Origin: Escherichia phage ECP2301
Strand: one strand, 5' to 3'
DNA: 64,000 nt
Sequence record: OR880646.1
Program-made: the position numbers and the translations under genes
Part shown: in pieces, positions 28,011 to 36,704 of the stretch
How positions within the stretch are numbered: position 1 is the stretch's first letter
Layout: each line of letters starts with the position of its first letter
The notes under the pieces: model-generated
The model's database searches: none
The model's input: only the letters and a program-made list of their open reading frames with translations
Told to the model about the DNA's origin: nothing

Positions 28011-28340
28011 TCAATTAGAAAATAAATTTATCCAAGACTGTTCTTTAATTAAAAATGGCTCAGAATCATATGCCATTAAACTTTGGGTGATTAGTCCTTT
28101 AAAAGGACCATCAATAAATTCCATGGTAAAATATGGAATTTTATTCATTAATCTTGCATTAGGAGCAGTACACAAAACTCTGCATCCTTTGAATACACCT
28201 TTTTGTAATTTGTATTGCTTATGATAAAATTCGCTCAAGACGTTGTTATTTGCCAAAATTTCAAAATGATTCACCAATTTATTTTTAATAGTTTTTGGCG
28301 AAAAATAAAGATATTCGAAAAGCTGTGTGTCTGTCATCAT
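28011..28340 (-). CDS. hypothetical protein
   Basis: ORF track 126 aa; start moved to internal Met to avoid overlap. Confidence 0.45.
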   Translation of the reverse strand: MMTDTQLFEYLYFSPKTIKNKLVNHFEILANNNVLSEFYHKQYKLQKGVFKGCRVLCTAPNARLMNKIPYFTMEFIDGPFKGLITQSLMAYDSEPFLIKEQSWINLFSN

Positions 28341-28924
28341 TGCATTCCGATTACGAAAAACTGCGGACGAGTAATACCACCAATGCAACATTTAATATTA
28401 CAGCAGTAGTGTACAGTGTCAATATGGACGCTATAAATCTTATCCATATCAGGAGATTTAACAGGCTCATCGATTATATACAAAATCCGCGAAAGCGATA
28501 AACCTCTGAACTTGCTTCCTTTATTACCGATAAAACTACGGACAGAATCAGTAAATAAGCGGAATCGAATATCATCACTAGAATAACGAGAAAATTCTTT
28601 TTTAATGTGGCCTGCAGAAATTTTAGCGTAAGCTGAAGTATTAGAAAGAACAATAACTGTTCCACCATCATACAGCCAATTAGCAGCAAAGTTAGTCACA
28701 GCAGTTGATTTACCAGATTGACGTCCACCATCTAGTCGAAGTGTACAATATTGTTTAAGCAAGTCTTCAAATGGTGGGATATAATCGTTTTTACAAATTT
28801 CTTCTACTCTAGCATCAGAATGGTGTGTAAAAGCATTCATCAGGGATAGATAAGGGCCAGTTAAAAATGTTCTCATTTTATTATCTCTAAATTTGGGCCA
28901 TTCCATGGCGCATGAATTGTCCAT
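28337..28924 (-). CDS. P-loop NTPase-like protein
   Basis: 195 aa; Walker A GGRQSGKST and Walker B-like ILYIIDE. Confidence 0.5.
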   Translation of the reverse strand: MDNSCAMEWPKFRDNKMRTFLTGPYLSLMNAFTHHSDARVEEICKNDYIPPFEDLLKQYCTLRLDGGRQSGKSTAVTNFAANWLYDGGTVIVLSNTSAYAKISAGHIKKEFSRYSSDDIRFRLFTDSVRSFIGNKGSKFRGLSLSRILYIIDEPVKSPDMDKIYSVHIDTVHYCCNIKCCIGGITRPQFFVIGMQ

Positions 28925-29030
28925 TTTCTGTATTTACCCATTACCGCACTCAGGCTCGACCTTATTACAGGTTGGCGGGAATCCCTCATAGAATCATGAG
29001 GTCCAGCTTGTTCCCATATTTCTTATTTGC

Positions 29031-29504
29031 TTATTTGAATGATTTGACGTACTGAATAGAGCCTTTGCTATTCACGAAAGCGATTTTACCATTTTTGTTA
29101 TACATGGTAGCAGTACGCTGATAACCATAAGTTTGCTTACCAGATTGATAACCAACTAATGCAAAATTATCTTCACCCATTTTATTCTGCTTCGCGCGGA
29201 TACGTTCATGACCGTGCGCCATAAGAACCTTAGCATCGCCAGTTGAAATTGATCTACGAGTTTTTTCATCTTCAACTGTACTAACAAAGTCGTCAAATGA
29301 ATCAAATTTAGCATGAGATTTATTATACAGTTTTCCATCTACTGCATAATTATATCCCTGTACATCCATCTCAACTTCTGTACCATCATCCAATACAGCA
29401 GTGATTTTTTGACCTTTTTTAAATTTCAAAAGATCAGTAAAAGATTCAGCAATAATTTGAGAATTAATAGCTGCTTCAGTGATAAATTCTTGATATGTTT
29501 TCAT
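29031..29504 (-). CDS. internal-protein candidate with capsid targeting sequence
   Basis: 157 aa beginning MKTYQEFITEA, matching the T4 IPIII CTS MKTYQEFIAE as recalled; late promoter upstream. Confidence 0.6.
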   Translation of the reverse strand: MKTYQEFITEAAINSQIIAESFTDLLKFKKGQKITAVLDDGTEVEMDVQGYNYAVDGKLYNKSHAKFDSFDDFVSTVEDEKTRRSISTGDAKVLMAHGHERIRAKQNKMGEDNFALVGYQSGKQTYGYQRTATMYNKNGKIAFVNSKGSIQYVKSFK

Positions 29505-29513
29505 GTGTTTCCT

Positions 29514-29930
29514 TTAAATGTAAATATTTTTACCGTAGTATTTATACCAGTGTGGCTTCATTAAAATTTTTTCATCGAGTCGTTGTTGACTCAATTTAAT
29601 AGCTGATTTGCATGGATTATAATCATTTTTCCATTCTGCTGGAATATCGCTGATGTCAGGAACTTCAGTATCTTTTATACTAAACCCACGTTTTAAGCAT
29701 TCCGTTATAATGTCTGATTGACGCTTTCGCAAAAATTCTAACTTATCATAAAAGAACGTAACATGACCAGAACCTAAAATAAACTCGGAAGATATTTTAA
29801 AATCTTTAACCCGTTTACCATTTGCAACATGTTTACGAACTATACCAAAAACACGCGGCAGTTCACGGTATTCTGCGATTAAATGTTGATCAGCAAGTTC
29901 AGATACTAAAGTCAAATTAATACGAGTCAT
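29514..29930 (-). CDS. denV: endonuclease V (pyrimidine-dimer DNA glycosylase)
   Basis: 138 aa; [17 protein letters not shown]...[10 protein letters not shown] as T4 endo V. Confidence 0.93.
   Translation of the reverse strand: MTRINLTLVSELADQHLIAEYRELPRVFGIVRKHVANGKRVKDFKISSEFILGSGHVTFFYDKLEFLRKRQSDIITECLKRGFSIKDTEVPDISDIPAEWKNDYNPCKSAIKLSQQRLDEKILMKPHWYKYYGKNIYI
29539..29546 (-). promoter_or_regulatory. late promoter (TATAAATA) inside 3' end of denV, upstream of internal-protein gene
   Basis: Plus tatttata; minus TATAAATA about 35 nt upstream of start at 29504. Confidence 0.45.
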
Positions 29931-29953
29931 TTTATCCCTCCAAGTAACTGTGA

Positions 29954-29988
29954 ATATATTATCACAATTCTAGGAGAAAGTAAACAAC
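29954..29988 (-). promoter_or_regulatory. early promoter for denV
   Basis: Minus strand GTTTACtttctcctagaattgTGaTAATAT. Confidence 0.55.
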
Positions 29989-29989
29989 T

Positions 29990-30520
<531 letters not shown>

Positions 30521-30962
30521 TTAAAAGAGGCTGTTCATTATTCGGTAAAGTGAAGGGCCCATCACATATTGCCACTGAGTACGAGGAATAAGAGCAAAAG
30601 CATCCATCTCTGGAATCATAACGCCATCTTTATTTTCAAAATAAGACTCACAACGGCAATTTCTAAACATCTCATGCTCTACTGGAATCGTATAATAAAA
30701 TAACTGTAAGTCTTTATTACTAGAATATTTAAATACACCTAGGTCTTCTATAAGGTCTGGATTATAATTGCTAAAGCCAGTCTCTTCTAAGCATTCTCTT
30801 CGTGCTGCATCTAGTGCGCTTAAATCAGAACTTTCTACACGCCCCCTTTGGAATATCCCAGCGATGTGTCATCATTCCAGGCTTACGAGAACCAGTAACT
30901 CGTCCCATAAATAAATCTTTATCTTCTGTCATAAAGATAATACCAGCTGATAGTGTTTTCAT
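30521..30962 (-). pseudogene. nudE: Nudix hydrolase gene (nudE / e.1-like) interrupted by +1 frameshift in a homopolymer
   Basis: ATG at 30962 gives MKTLSAGIIFMTEDKDLFMGRVTGSRKPGMMTHRWDIPKG then stop; removing one C from the CCCCC run at 30843-30847 restores ...RVESSDLSALDAARRECLEETGF... (Nudix box) to a stop at 30521. Confidence 0.7.
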
Positions 30963-31447
30963 TTTAATTTCCTGCATTCAGTGATAAAGTTATTTAAATT
31001 TTGAGTATATTTCTTTTCATCAAAAATCTTTTGCTGCCTACGTAACCGCCATGGCATTTCAATGAACACGCACCATATTCCTGATAGTACTGCTGCTGTA
31101 AAAATATTAACAAGTATAATTAAAAGAATCCAATCTTCCGTTCTGCCTACTGGACTTTCTCCAAAGAAGCAAAATACAAATGATGTCACAGGAAAACTAA
31201 TAATATACCACAGAATAACCTTCTTATCTGTGAACCAATCAGCGTTCGTTAACTTAGCACGACCATTTTGAATACACACGAATTTATCATCTGTTACAGT
31301 AGATGGCTTAACTGCTTGATATCCCATTCTAAACTCCCTAATTAATCGTTTCTTTGTATCTTCAGAACAGCCGCTCCAGTCAACTCTATCAACTGAAATG
31401 CCATCGTCCCCATCATCTAAATCATACCAGCGAGTTTTTAAAATCAT
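30959..31447 (-). CDS. membrane protein, paralogue 1 of 3 (2 TM helices, C-terminal CRK tail)
   Basis: 162 aa; hydrophobic helices; ends ...ITECRKLK. Confidence 0.6.
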   Translation of the reverse strand: MILKTRWYDLDDGDDGISVDRVDWSGCSEDTKKRLIREFRMGYQAVKPSTVTDDKFVCIQNGRAKLTNADWFTDKKVILWYIISFPVTSFVFCFFGESPVGRTEDWILLIILVNIFTAAVLSGIWCVFIEMPWRLRRQQKIFDEKKYTQNLNNFITECRKLK

Positions 31448-31806
31448 TTAATTTTCCTACAATCACTCACAAACTCTTCCATTGATTCTTTTTCAATATA
31501 AGACATGTAGTTATTATATTCCTTTAATTGTATTTTGTAATCCTTTTTTCTTTGCCAATTTATTTTAAAATTATCATAATGAAAATATAACATGGTACCA
31601 AAGAATGAAAATAATGAAATCGCTATAGTATAATGAAGTTCACTCCAAACTTCTATTATATTTACTGTGCCGTCGATATTTAAAATAAGACAGTCAATTA
31701 ACAATCCAATAAGACTACCCGCAAGAGCTGCAGCCAACGCCACAGCAAAAATTAAAAATGACTCAGGAAGCGAATATTTGACTTTATTTAGTTTTGGCTT
31801 TTGCAT
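31444..31806 (-). CDS. membrane protein, paralogue 2 of 3
   Basis: 120 aa; 2 hydrophobic helices; ends ...FVSDCRKIK. Confidence 0.6.
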   Translation of the reverse strand: MQKPKLNKVKYSLPESFLIFAVALAAALAGSLIGLLIDCLILNIDGTVNIIEVWSELHYTIAISLFSFFGTMLYFHYDNFKINWQRKKDYKIQLKEYNNYMSYIEKESMEEFVSDCRKIK

Positions 31807-32201
31807 CGTGATTCCTTAACAAATTTCATAATTTCATCAAATTCATACGCAGCAAGTTTAAGCTGGTGTTCCTTTTTAATCTTTTTACACTGTGCTTTCC
31901 AATCACGTACGCGTTTACGATAATGTCTTCCTTGATACCAGTATCCTACCCAATTTACGGGTACTAATAAAAGTGGAACTATTAATGGAAGAATTAGCAT
32001 TAACACAAGTATTTCGCCAGAATTAATATCAGTCATAACATCTAAAACACCTCCAATAATCAGTAGAATTACAAATGATATAAGTATTACAGGACCTATT
32101 AATACATCAGTAGAAATTATCTGGCGCTTTAATTCATACTTTAAGGGTTTACTTGGAAGATACATTGATGGCTTTGACATATTCTCTACATTCCTTAACA
32201 A
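31788..32201 (-). CDS. membrane protein, paralogue 3 of 3
   Basis: 137 aa; 2 hydrophobic helices; ends ...FVKESRCKSQN. Confidence 0.6.
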   Translation of the reverse strand: MLRNVENMSKPSMYLPSKPLKYELKRQIISTDVLIGPVILISFVILLIIGGVLDVMTDINSGEILVLMLILPLIVPLLLVPVNWVGYWYQGRHYRKRVRDWKAQCKKIKKEHQLKLAAYEFDEIMKFVKESRCKSQN

Positions 32202-32763
32202 ATTTTTCTAATAATAAATCGCTTTCAAAATTAGGATTTTCCACGAATTTATCAAAAAGATCATCAACAATAGTTAAGATATTCTTTTTACTAAGAATAC
32301 GTTTATTTTCATATTTTGTTTCAGAATCAACTATAAGAGTAAAGAAATATTTCTTTCCCTGAAATTTTACCGTAGTATCAATATAGAACAAATTTGACTT
32401 TTGTAAATTACGTTTAAACCATGCGTCACTTAAACTATAAACGCCAAGATAATCATAATCGTCATTTAAATAACAAACTGTCCATTCAGGAGAAATGAAA
32501 TCAGTAAATTCAACATCAAAATCACATGTCAATGAATGAATTGATTCAATACTTTTAATGAGTATTCCAGGACGTATTAAAGACTTTTTACCTCTAGAAA
32601 ATCTTCCAGAAAGACTTTCATCAGTTTCATATGAAGACCCCCAATAGTAATTACGTCCTTCTGCCATGCGTTTAAGAGCATTTAGTAATTGGTCTGGAAC
32701 ATCAACCTGTCTTTGGAACTCTTCAAACATTGAATTGAAATCACTTTGCATTTTCATTTTCAT
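32149..32763 (-). CDS. hypothetical protein
   Basis: 204-aa ORF; 5' end overlaps neighbour so start may be internal. Confidence 0.5.
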   Translation of the reverse strand: MKMKMQSDFNSMFEEFQRQVDVPDQLLNALKRMAEGRNYYWGSSYETDESLSGRFSRGKKSLIRPGILIKSIESIHSLTCDFDVEFTDFISPEWTVCYLNDDYDYLGVYSLSDAWFKRNLQKSNLFYIDTTVKFQGKKYFFTLIVDSETKYENKRILSKKNILTIVDDLFDKFVENPNFESDLLLEKFVKECREYVKAINVSSK

Positions 32764-32780
32764 TCCTATTTACTCCAAGT

Positions 32781-32802
32781 AATAGGGGCCGAAGCCCCTT
32801 AT
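32781..32802 (-). other. intergenic RNA hairpin with UUCG tetraloop
   Basis: Plus aggggccgaagcccct; minus RNA AGGGGC-UUCG-GCCCCU; no U-run. Confidence 0.45.
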
Positions 32803-32804
32803 CA

Positions 32805-33398
32805 TTATTTCAGGGAATTAATGTATTCCTGAACATCGGCAGAGGTAGTTTCAACCCCAGAAATATTACCGTTAAAGGTTTCAACTCGAGCAAGGGTATC
32901 TTCAATATCAACCTTAGTCAGTGCTGCAATTTCAACTACATCATCGGCAGTACTAATTCCAAGGGCATTTGCCGCACGAGTTTCACGGATATATTCCAAT
33001 TTAACTGCAAGCTCTTGACGAGCATCATCTAACTCAACTACTTTCTTAGCGATTTCAATTCGCATTTCAGCATAACCGTCAGCCTTAGTAGTCAACTGCT
33101 CAGCCGTTCGACGATATAGTAAACCGAGTTTAGCATGCATTGTTACATCTTGACCTTCGGAAAGAAGTTTACGAATTTCACGCTCTTTTGATTCAGCCTG
33201 TCGATTCTTTTCGACAATAAGTTCACGAATACGTTTTTCTTCATTAATAGATTTAACAGAAGCAGTTTTTAGATCTTTAATTTTATCAAGTAGTTTTGCT
33301 GCAGCAGCAGTATACTGTTCTTCAACAGATAGATTTTTAGCCATAGCAGAACCAAGTTTAGTGCGAATAAACTCAACAATTTTCTTCAGTGTGTTCAT
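32805..33398 (-). CDS. coiled-coil protein (PspA/IM30-like helical architecture, tentative)
   Basis: 197 aa, almost entirely heptad-rich charged helices. Confidence 0.4.
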   Translation of the reverse strand: MNTLKKIVEFIRTKLGSAMAKNLSVEEQYTAAAAKLLDKIKDLKTASVKSINEEKRIRELIVEKNRQAESKEREIRKLLSEGQDVTMHAKLGLLYRRTAEQLTTKADGYAEMRIEIAKKVVELDDARQELAVKLEYIRETRAANALGISTADDVVEIAALTKVDIEDTLARVETFNGNISGVETTSADVQEYINSLK

Positions 33399-33455
33399 AG
33401 TATTTCCTTAGGTTGATACAATTAGATAATATCACGTTTTTAATAGATTGTAAAC

Positions 33456-33791
33456 TTATTCTTCGTCTATCTCATCGATAAAGACGTCAATGGCCTCGAT
33501 AACGGCATCATTGATAGCCAATAAAGTAAAATCATCGTCAGTGCCTTTAGAAGATTCTAAAGCATTGATATATGCTTGGTTAGCAAGTTCCCAAGCCTTT
33601 TTAAAATAAGGAGCTTCATCATCAGGGCCAACGAAACGTACACCTTCAAAGATACGGTTAGCATAATCCAATACCCACTGTACAGGCATGTTTTGAGAGC
33701 GTTCGTTAAACTCTTTAAATTCCTTAGATTCAAAAAGCTCTTCGGGATAATAATTTCGATTACAAAAAGCTTTACTAAAGTTACGTTTCAT
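33456..33791 (-). CDS. hypothetical acidic protein
   Basis: 111-aa ORF. Confidence 0.5.
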   Translation of the reverse strand: MKRNFSKAFCNRNYYPEELFESKEFKEFNERSQNMPVQWVLDYANRIFEGVRFVGPDDEAPYFKKAWELANQAYINALESSKGTDDDFTLLAINDAVIEAIDVFIDEIDEE

Positions 33792-33816
33792 AATGTTCTC
33801 CTCAAGTTACAGGCTC

Positions 33817-33846
33817 ATAATATCTCAATCATGAGCCTGTGTAAAC
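33817..33846 (-). promoter_or_regulatory. possible early promoter (GTTTAC -35, TATTAT -10, no TGn)
   Basis: Plus ataata at 33817-33822 and gtaaac at 33841-33846 with the family 18-nt spacing. Confidence 0.35.
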
Positions 33847-34110
33847 TTATTTCATATTATTGAAATATTCTTCTGCGATTTCGTCGTTATCGTGGTAAAC
33901 TTTAGAAGACAGTTTAACATAACCTTCAGCAGCGAACATGTTAATCACAACCTTTACAGTATACCACTGACCATCTTCATTACCCATTACTGCGTAAGTT
34001 TCAAACATCGGATGGTCAGGACCGATAACTTTAATATCATTCACTGTACGACCGAAATCTTCTGAAACACATTTCATAAAGAAGTTGAACAGTTCGCCGT
34101 AATTATCCAT
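33847..34110 (-). CDS. hypothetical protein
   Basis: Start moved to MDNYGELF (SD GGAG); ORF-track extension translates promoter leader. Confidence 0.5.
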   Translation of the reverse strand: MDNYGELFNFFMKCVSEDFGRTVNDIKVIGPDHPMFETYAVMGNEDGQWYTVKVVINMFAAEGYVKLSSKVYHDNDEIAEEYFNNMK

Positions 34111-34149
34111 TTCATTCTCCAAGTTGTTTTCTGTATCAGTAGTTGATAG

Positions 34150-34186
34150 TTGTATAGTACCATGGAAGAACAGGGGTGTAAACCGT
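34150..34186 (-). promoter_or_regulatory. early promoter, TACTAT variant
   Basis: Minus strand GTTTACacccctgttcttccaTGgTACTATacaactatcaact. Confidence 0.55.
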
Positions 34187-34339
34187 TTTGTGAAAAAATT
34201 TTTAGGGAATTCTGGGGCAGGGAGGGGCAATTAAAAGGTAGGATAATATATTATAAAGGGTATAAACTAAATGATGCCTAGAGAGGCCCAGAAAGGCCTA
34301 GATGCCAAAAAGCCCTATCATTTAGATAGGGATTTAAAA

Positions 34340-34903
34340 TTATTTATCTAGTTTAGTTATTATAGCTTCTGCAGCAGCTTTTAGCTTAGATGCGGTGTTA
34401 ATACGATTTTTAATTTCAGTATACGCATCGCCAAGAACATCAAGGCTATCAGAATAAACACTTACACTATTGCGTTCGCTATTTGAAATAGAACCTTTAG
34501 TTTTGCGGTCAAAATCGGTGTACACGTCTTGAAGATCGCGGGCTGCCTTCTTTGCATCATCCAATGCATCAAGAGCTTTATTCAAAGCATTAACGTATTT
34601 TTTAGTGTCGAACATATTCTTAGAAATTTTAACAGGTGCGCGTTCAGGAGTAGCTAACACAGATTTAGGAACCTGAGCGCCAGATGCCAATTTCTTAGAA
34701 ATTTTGAAAAATGCTTTATTGAATTTATTTTCTTGACTCATTGTAAAAGAACTATTATCGATGTTGTACATTTCAATAGCTTTAGCTTTCCACTTAAGAA
34801 AATCGCCGCGGTCTTTTGGGTCCAATTGGAAGAATACTTTAGTAAGATCTGCTTCAGATGGTAATTTTGCTGCTTCGGTTAAAAATTCGGCATAGGTTTT
34901 CAT
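34340..34903 (-). CDS. internal-protein candidate with capsid targeting sequence
   Basis: 187 aa beginning MKTYAEFLTEA. Confidence 0.55.
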   Translation of the reverse strand: MKTYAEFLTEAAKLPSEADLTKVFFQLDPKDRGDFLKWKAKAIEMYNIDNSSFTMSQENKFNKAFFKISKKLASGAQVPKSVLATPERAPVKISKNMFDTKKYVNALNKALDALDDAKKAARDLQDVYTDFDRKTKGSISNSERNSVSVYSDSLDVLGDAYTEIKNRINTASKLKAAAEAIITKLDK

Positions 34904-34990
34904 TTAAAATCCTTGAAATAATTTATCGGTTGGTTATTAATTATTTATTACTTTGTTACTATCCGTAGCAGCATTCTCTATGTGATTCAA

Positions 34991-35020
34991 ACTAAAAAGC
35001 CCCGACCGAAAGGTTGGGGC
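34991..35020 (-). terminator. intrinsic terminator (9-bp GC stem + U5), partner of 35550-35579
   Basis: Plus actaaaaagccccgaccgaaaggttggggctaag. Confidence 0.6.
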
Positions 35021-35028
35021 TAAGAATG

Positions 35029-35502
35029 TTATTTGATTTGTTTAGCAGACCAAATGCGGTCTTTAATAATTTTTTGGATGTCTTCAACATACTCAAGAGA
35101 GTGAACATGTGGATTATCTTTGAAACTATAAGCACGGGCTAACTTTTGGCCTTCGGTTTTGATTACTAAAAGCTCTTTAAGGATAGCTTCATATTTAGCG
35201 ATAATTCCTTTAACGATATTTTTTTCTTGTGCCGCTTTAGGATCTGCTTTAGGAGCAGGTTTACCCGAAGGCTTTGCAAAAGCAGCGCCAGTAGCAACTA
35301 AACTTTTCCAGGCCATACTAACTGCATTTCCCGTAAATCCTTCTGCTTTCATGTCGCGAGCAAATTGGAATCGTGATTCGTCAGAAGCATCTTTATAAGA
35401 ATATTTACCCGCTGCAATGGCTGCTTTTGCGACAGCTTGAATTTCGGTGCTAGATGCTTCATTTAACACCGCTTCATTTAAAAATTGAGCATATGATTTC
35501 AT
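35029..35502 (-). CDS. internal-protein candidate with capsid targeting sequence
   Basis: 157 aa beginning MKSYAQFLNEA; Ala/Lys-rich. Confidence 0.55.
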   Translation of the reverse strand: MKSYAQFLNEAVLNEASSTEIQAVAKAAIAAGKYSYKDASDESRFQFARDMKAEGFTGNAVSMAWKSLVATGAAFAKPSGKPAPKADPKAAQEKNIVKGIIAKYEAILKELLVIKTEGQKLARAYSFKDNPHVHSLEYVEDIQKIIKDRIWSAKQIK

Positions 35503-35542
35503 CTTATTTCCTGTTTTAATTCGTGGATTTAATATACTACTA

Positions 35543-35550
35543 TATTTATA
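35543..35550 (-). promoter_or_regulatory. late promoter (TATAAATA) upstream of internal-protein gene
   Basis: Plus tatttata. Confidence 0.5.
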
Positions 35551-35579
35551 CTAAAAAGCCCCAACCTTTCGGTCGGGGC
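35550..35579 (-). terminator. intrinsic terminator ending the tRNA/stable-RNA transcript
   Basis: Plus ctaaaaagccccaacctttcggtcggggctaag; stem-loop is the reverse complement of the copy at 34999-35020 with identical flanks. Confidence 0.6.
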
Positions 35580-35631
35580 TAAGCCTTGCGGCAACCTTGT
35601 CGGGGTTCCACCTGCTAAGGCAAGTGTTTGT

Positions 35632-35723
35632 ACGAAACGCCGGGATTCGAACCCGGTTATTAAGCAGTTGACGCTACTCAATATTTTTAAAAGGCCATAT
35701 CTCGACCATATCCGAACGTTCCG
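35632..35723 (-). ncRNA. tRNA-like stable RNA element (possible homologue of T4 species 1/2 RNAs rnaC/rnaD)
   Basis: Perfect T-arm CCGGG-TTCGAAT-CCCGG and 7-bp acceptor-like helix, but no canonical D-arm or anticodon arm; ORF-free region 35583-35890. Confidence 0.3.
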
Positions 35724-35891
35724 TCAAAAACGCTACTCGGCTTACGGCAAAGATATTTCCTCGAATCGATAATTCGGTGCGCCGTTTCTGCTGTGATGTA
35801 AGAGGGAATCAACAAATCATAAAGATTTATTAACACAATTCCTTACCCAGGGAACATCAGTCCGACGACTTACCGGTAGCGACCCGGTTTC

Positions 35892-36242
35892 TTAATATTC
35901 TTTTAAAGCATCAATCTGTTCACGACGTTTACGCCATAAATCAATTACTTCATACGCAGATTCAGCATTTCGAATTGGACGGCATTTATATAAAGACTTG
36001 TGATTTTGATATTGCGTAGATAATGGAATTTTATCTAAAAGGTCTTTACGTTCAAAGTATTCGTAACCATCTAAGCCAAATGAACGATTTTTGAGAAATT
36101 GCCAATGACCATATTCGTTTTCGACATAAACATAATCTGCGTGCTGATAAAGCAAATTAATTACACGTTCAGAAATAACAGTGTCATTATGATTAAAATA
36201 GAATGTTAAATCATGAACTACTAAATAAACATTACCTTTCAT
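35892..36242 (-). CDS. hypothetical protein in tRNA region
   Basis: 116-aa ORF between stable-RNA region and tRNA-Arg. Confidence 0.5.
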   Translation of the reverse strand: MKGNVYLVVHDLTFYFNHNDTVISERVINLLYQHADYVYVENEYGHWQFLKNRSFGLDGYEYFERKDLLDKIPLSTQYQNHKSLYKCRPIRNAESAYEVIDLWRKRREQIDALKEY

Positions 36243-36259
36243 ATTTTCCTCACTTAATT

Positions 36260-36335
36260 GGTCGAGGCAGTAGGGATCGAACCTACGACCTAGGACTTAG
36301 AAGGTCCTTGCTCTTCCTTCTGAGCTATGCCCCGT
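36260..36335 (-). tRNA. tRNA-Arg (anticodon UCU)
   Basis: Hand-folded cloverleaf: anticodon loop CUUCUAA, T-loop GGTTCGATCC, CCA encoded. Confidence 0.8.
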
Positions 36336-36339
36336 AATT

Positions 36340-36415
36340 GGGGTGACCGATGGGAGTCGAACCCATGACTACGAGAATCACAATCTCGAGTTCTACCAAC
36401 TGAACTACGGCCACA
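36340..36415 (-). tRNA. tRNA-His (anticodon GUG), no encoded G-1
   Basis: Acceptor GTGGCCG/CGGTCAC, anticodon loop TTGTGAT, discriminator C73, CCA encoded; base at -1 is U. Confidence 0.7.
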
Positions 36416-36529
36416 TTAATACCTACTCCAACAATCAAGATGTCTTCACACGAAATTAAGAGAAGAGTGATCAGTTCAACCCCTATAATCGCGTCAAGTA
36501 GATATTAATGTGACAGTTGTCACAAATTT

Positions 36530-36604
36530 GGCGGACGTGATAGGATTCGAACCTATAACCAATCGCTTAACAGGCGATCGCTCTGCCATTGAGCTACACA
36601 TCCA
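36530..36604 (-). tRNA. tRNA-Asn (anticodon GUU)
   Basis: Acceptor GGATGTG/CACGTCC, anticodon loop CTGTTAA, T-loop GGTTCGAATCC, CCA encoded. Confidence 0.75.
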
Positions 36605-36608
36605 AATT

Positions 36609-36695
36609 GGTGGGGAGTGGTGGAGTCGAACCACCCGAGTCGCAATGACAATGGATTTACAGTCCACACCGCTACCTATACGGGATAACTCCCCA
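36609..36695 (-). tRNA. tRNA-Tyr (anticodon GUA), type II with long variable arm
   Basis: Acceptor GGGGAGT/ACTCCCC, anticodon loop CTGTAAA, T-loop GGTTCGACTCC, CCA encoded, 87 nt. Confidence 0.7.
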
Positions 36696-36704
36696 AATTA
36701 ATTT

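Noticed and set aside
34231-34339. 26-codon plus-strand ORF (MMPREAQKGLDAKKPYHL...) in the intergenic region before the first internal-protein gene
   Set aside because: No SD, wrong strand for the region, and it overlaps palindromic hairpin sequence; probably structural RNA/DNA rather than coding.
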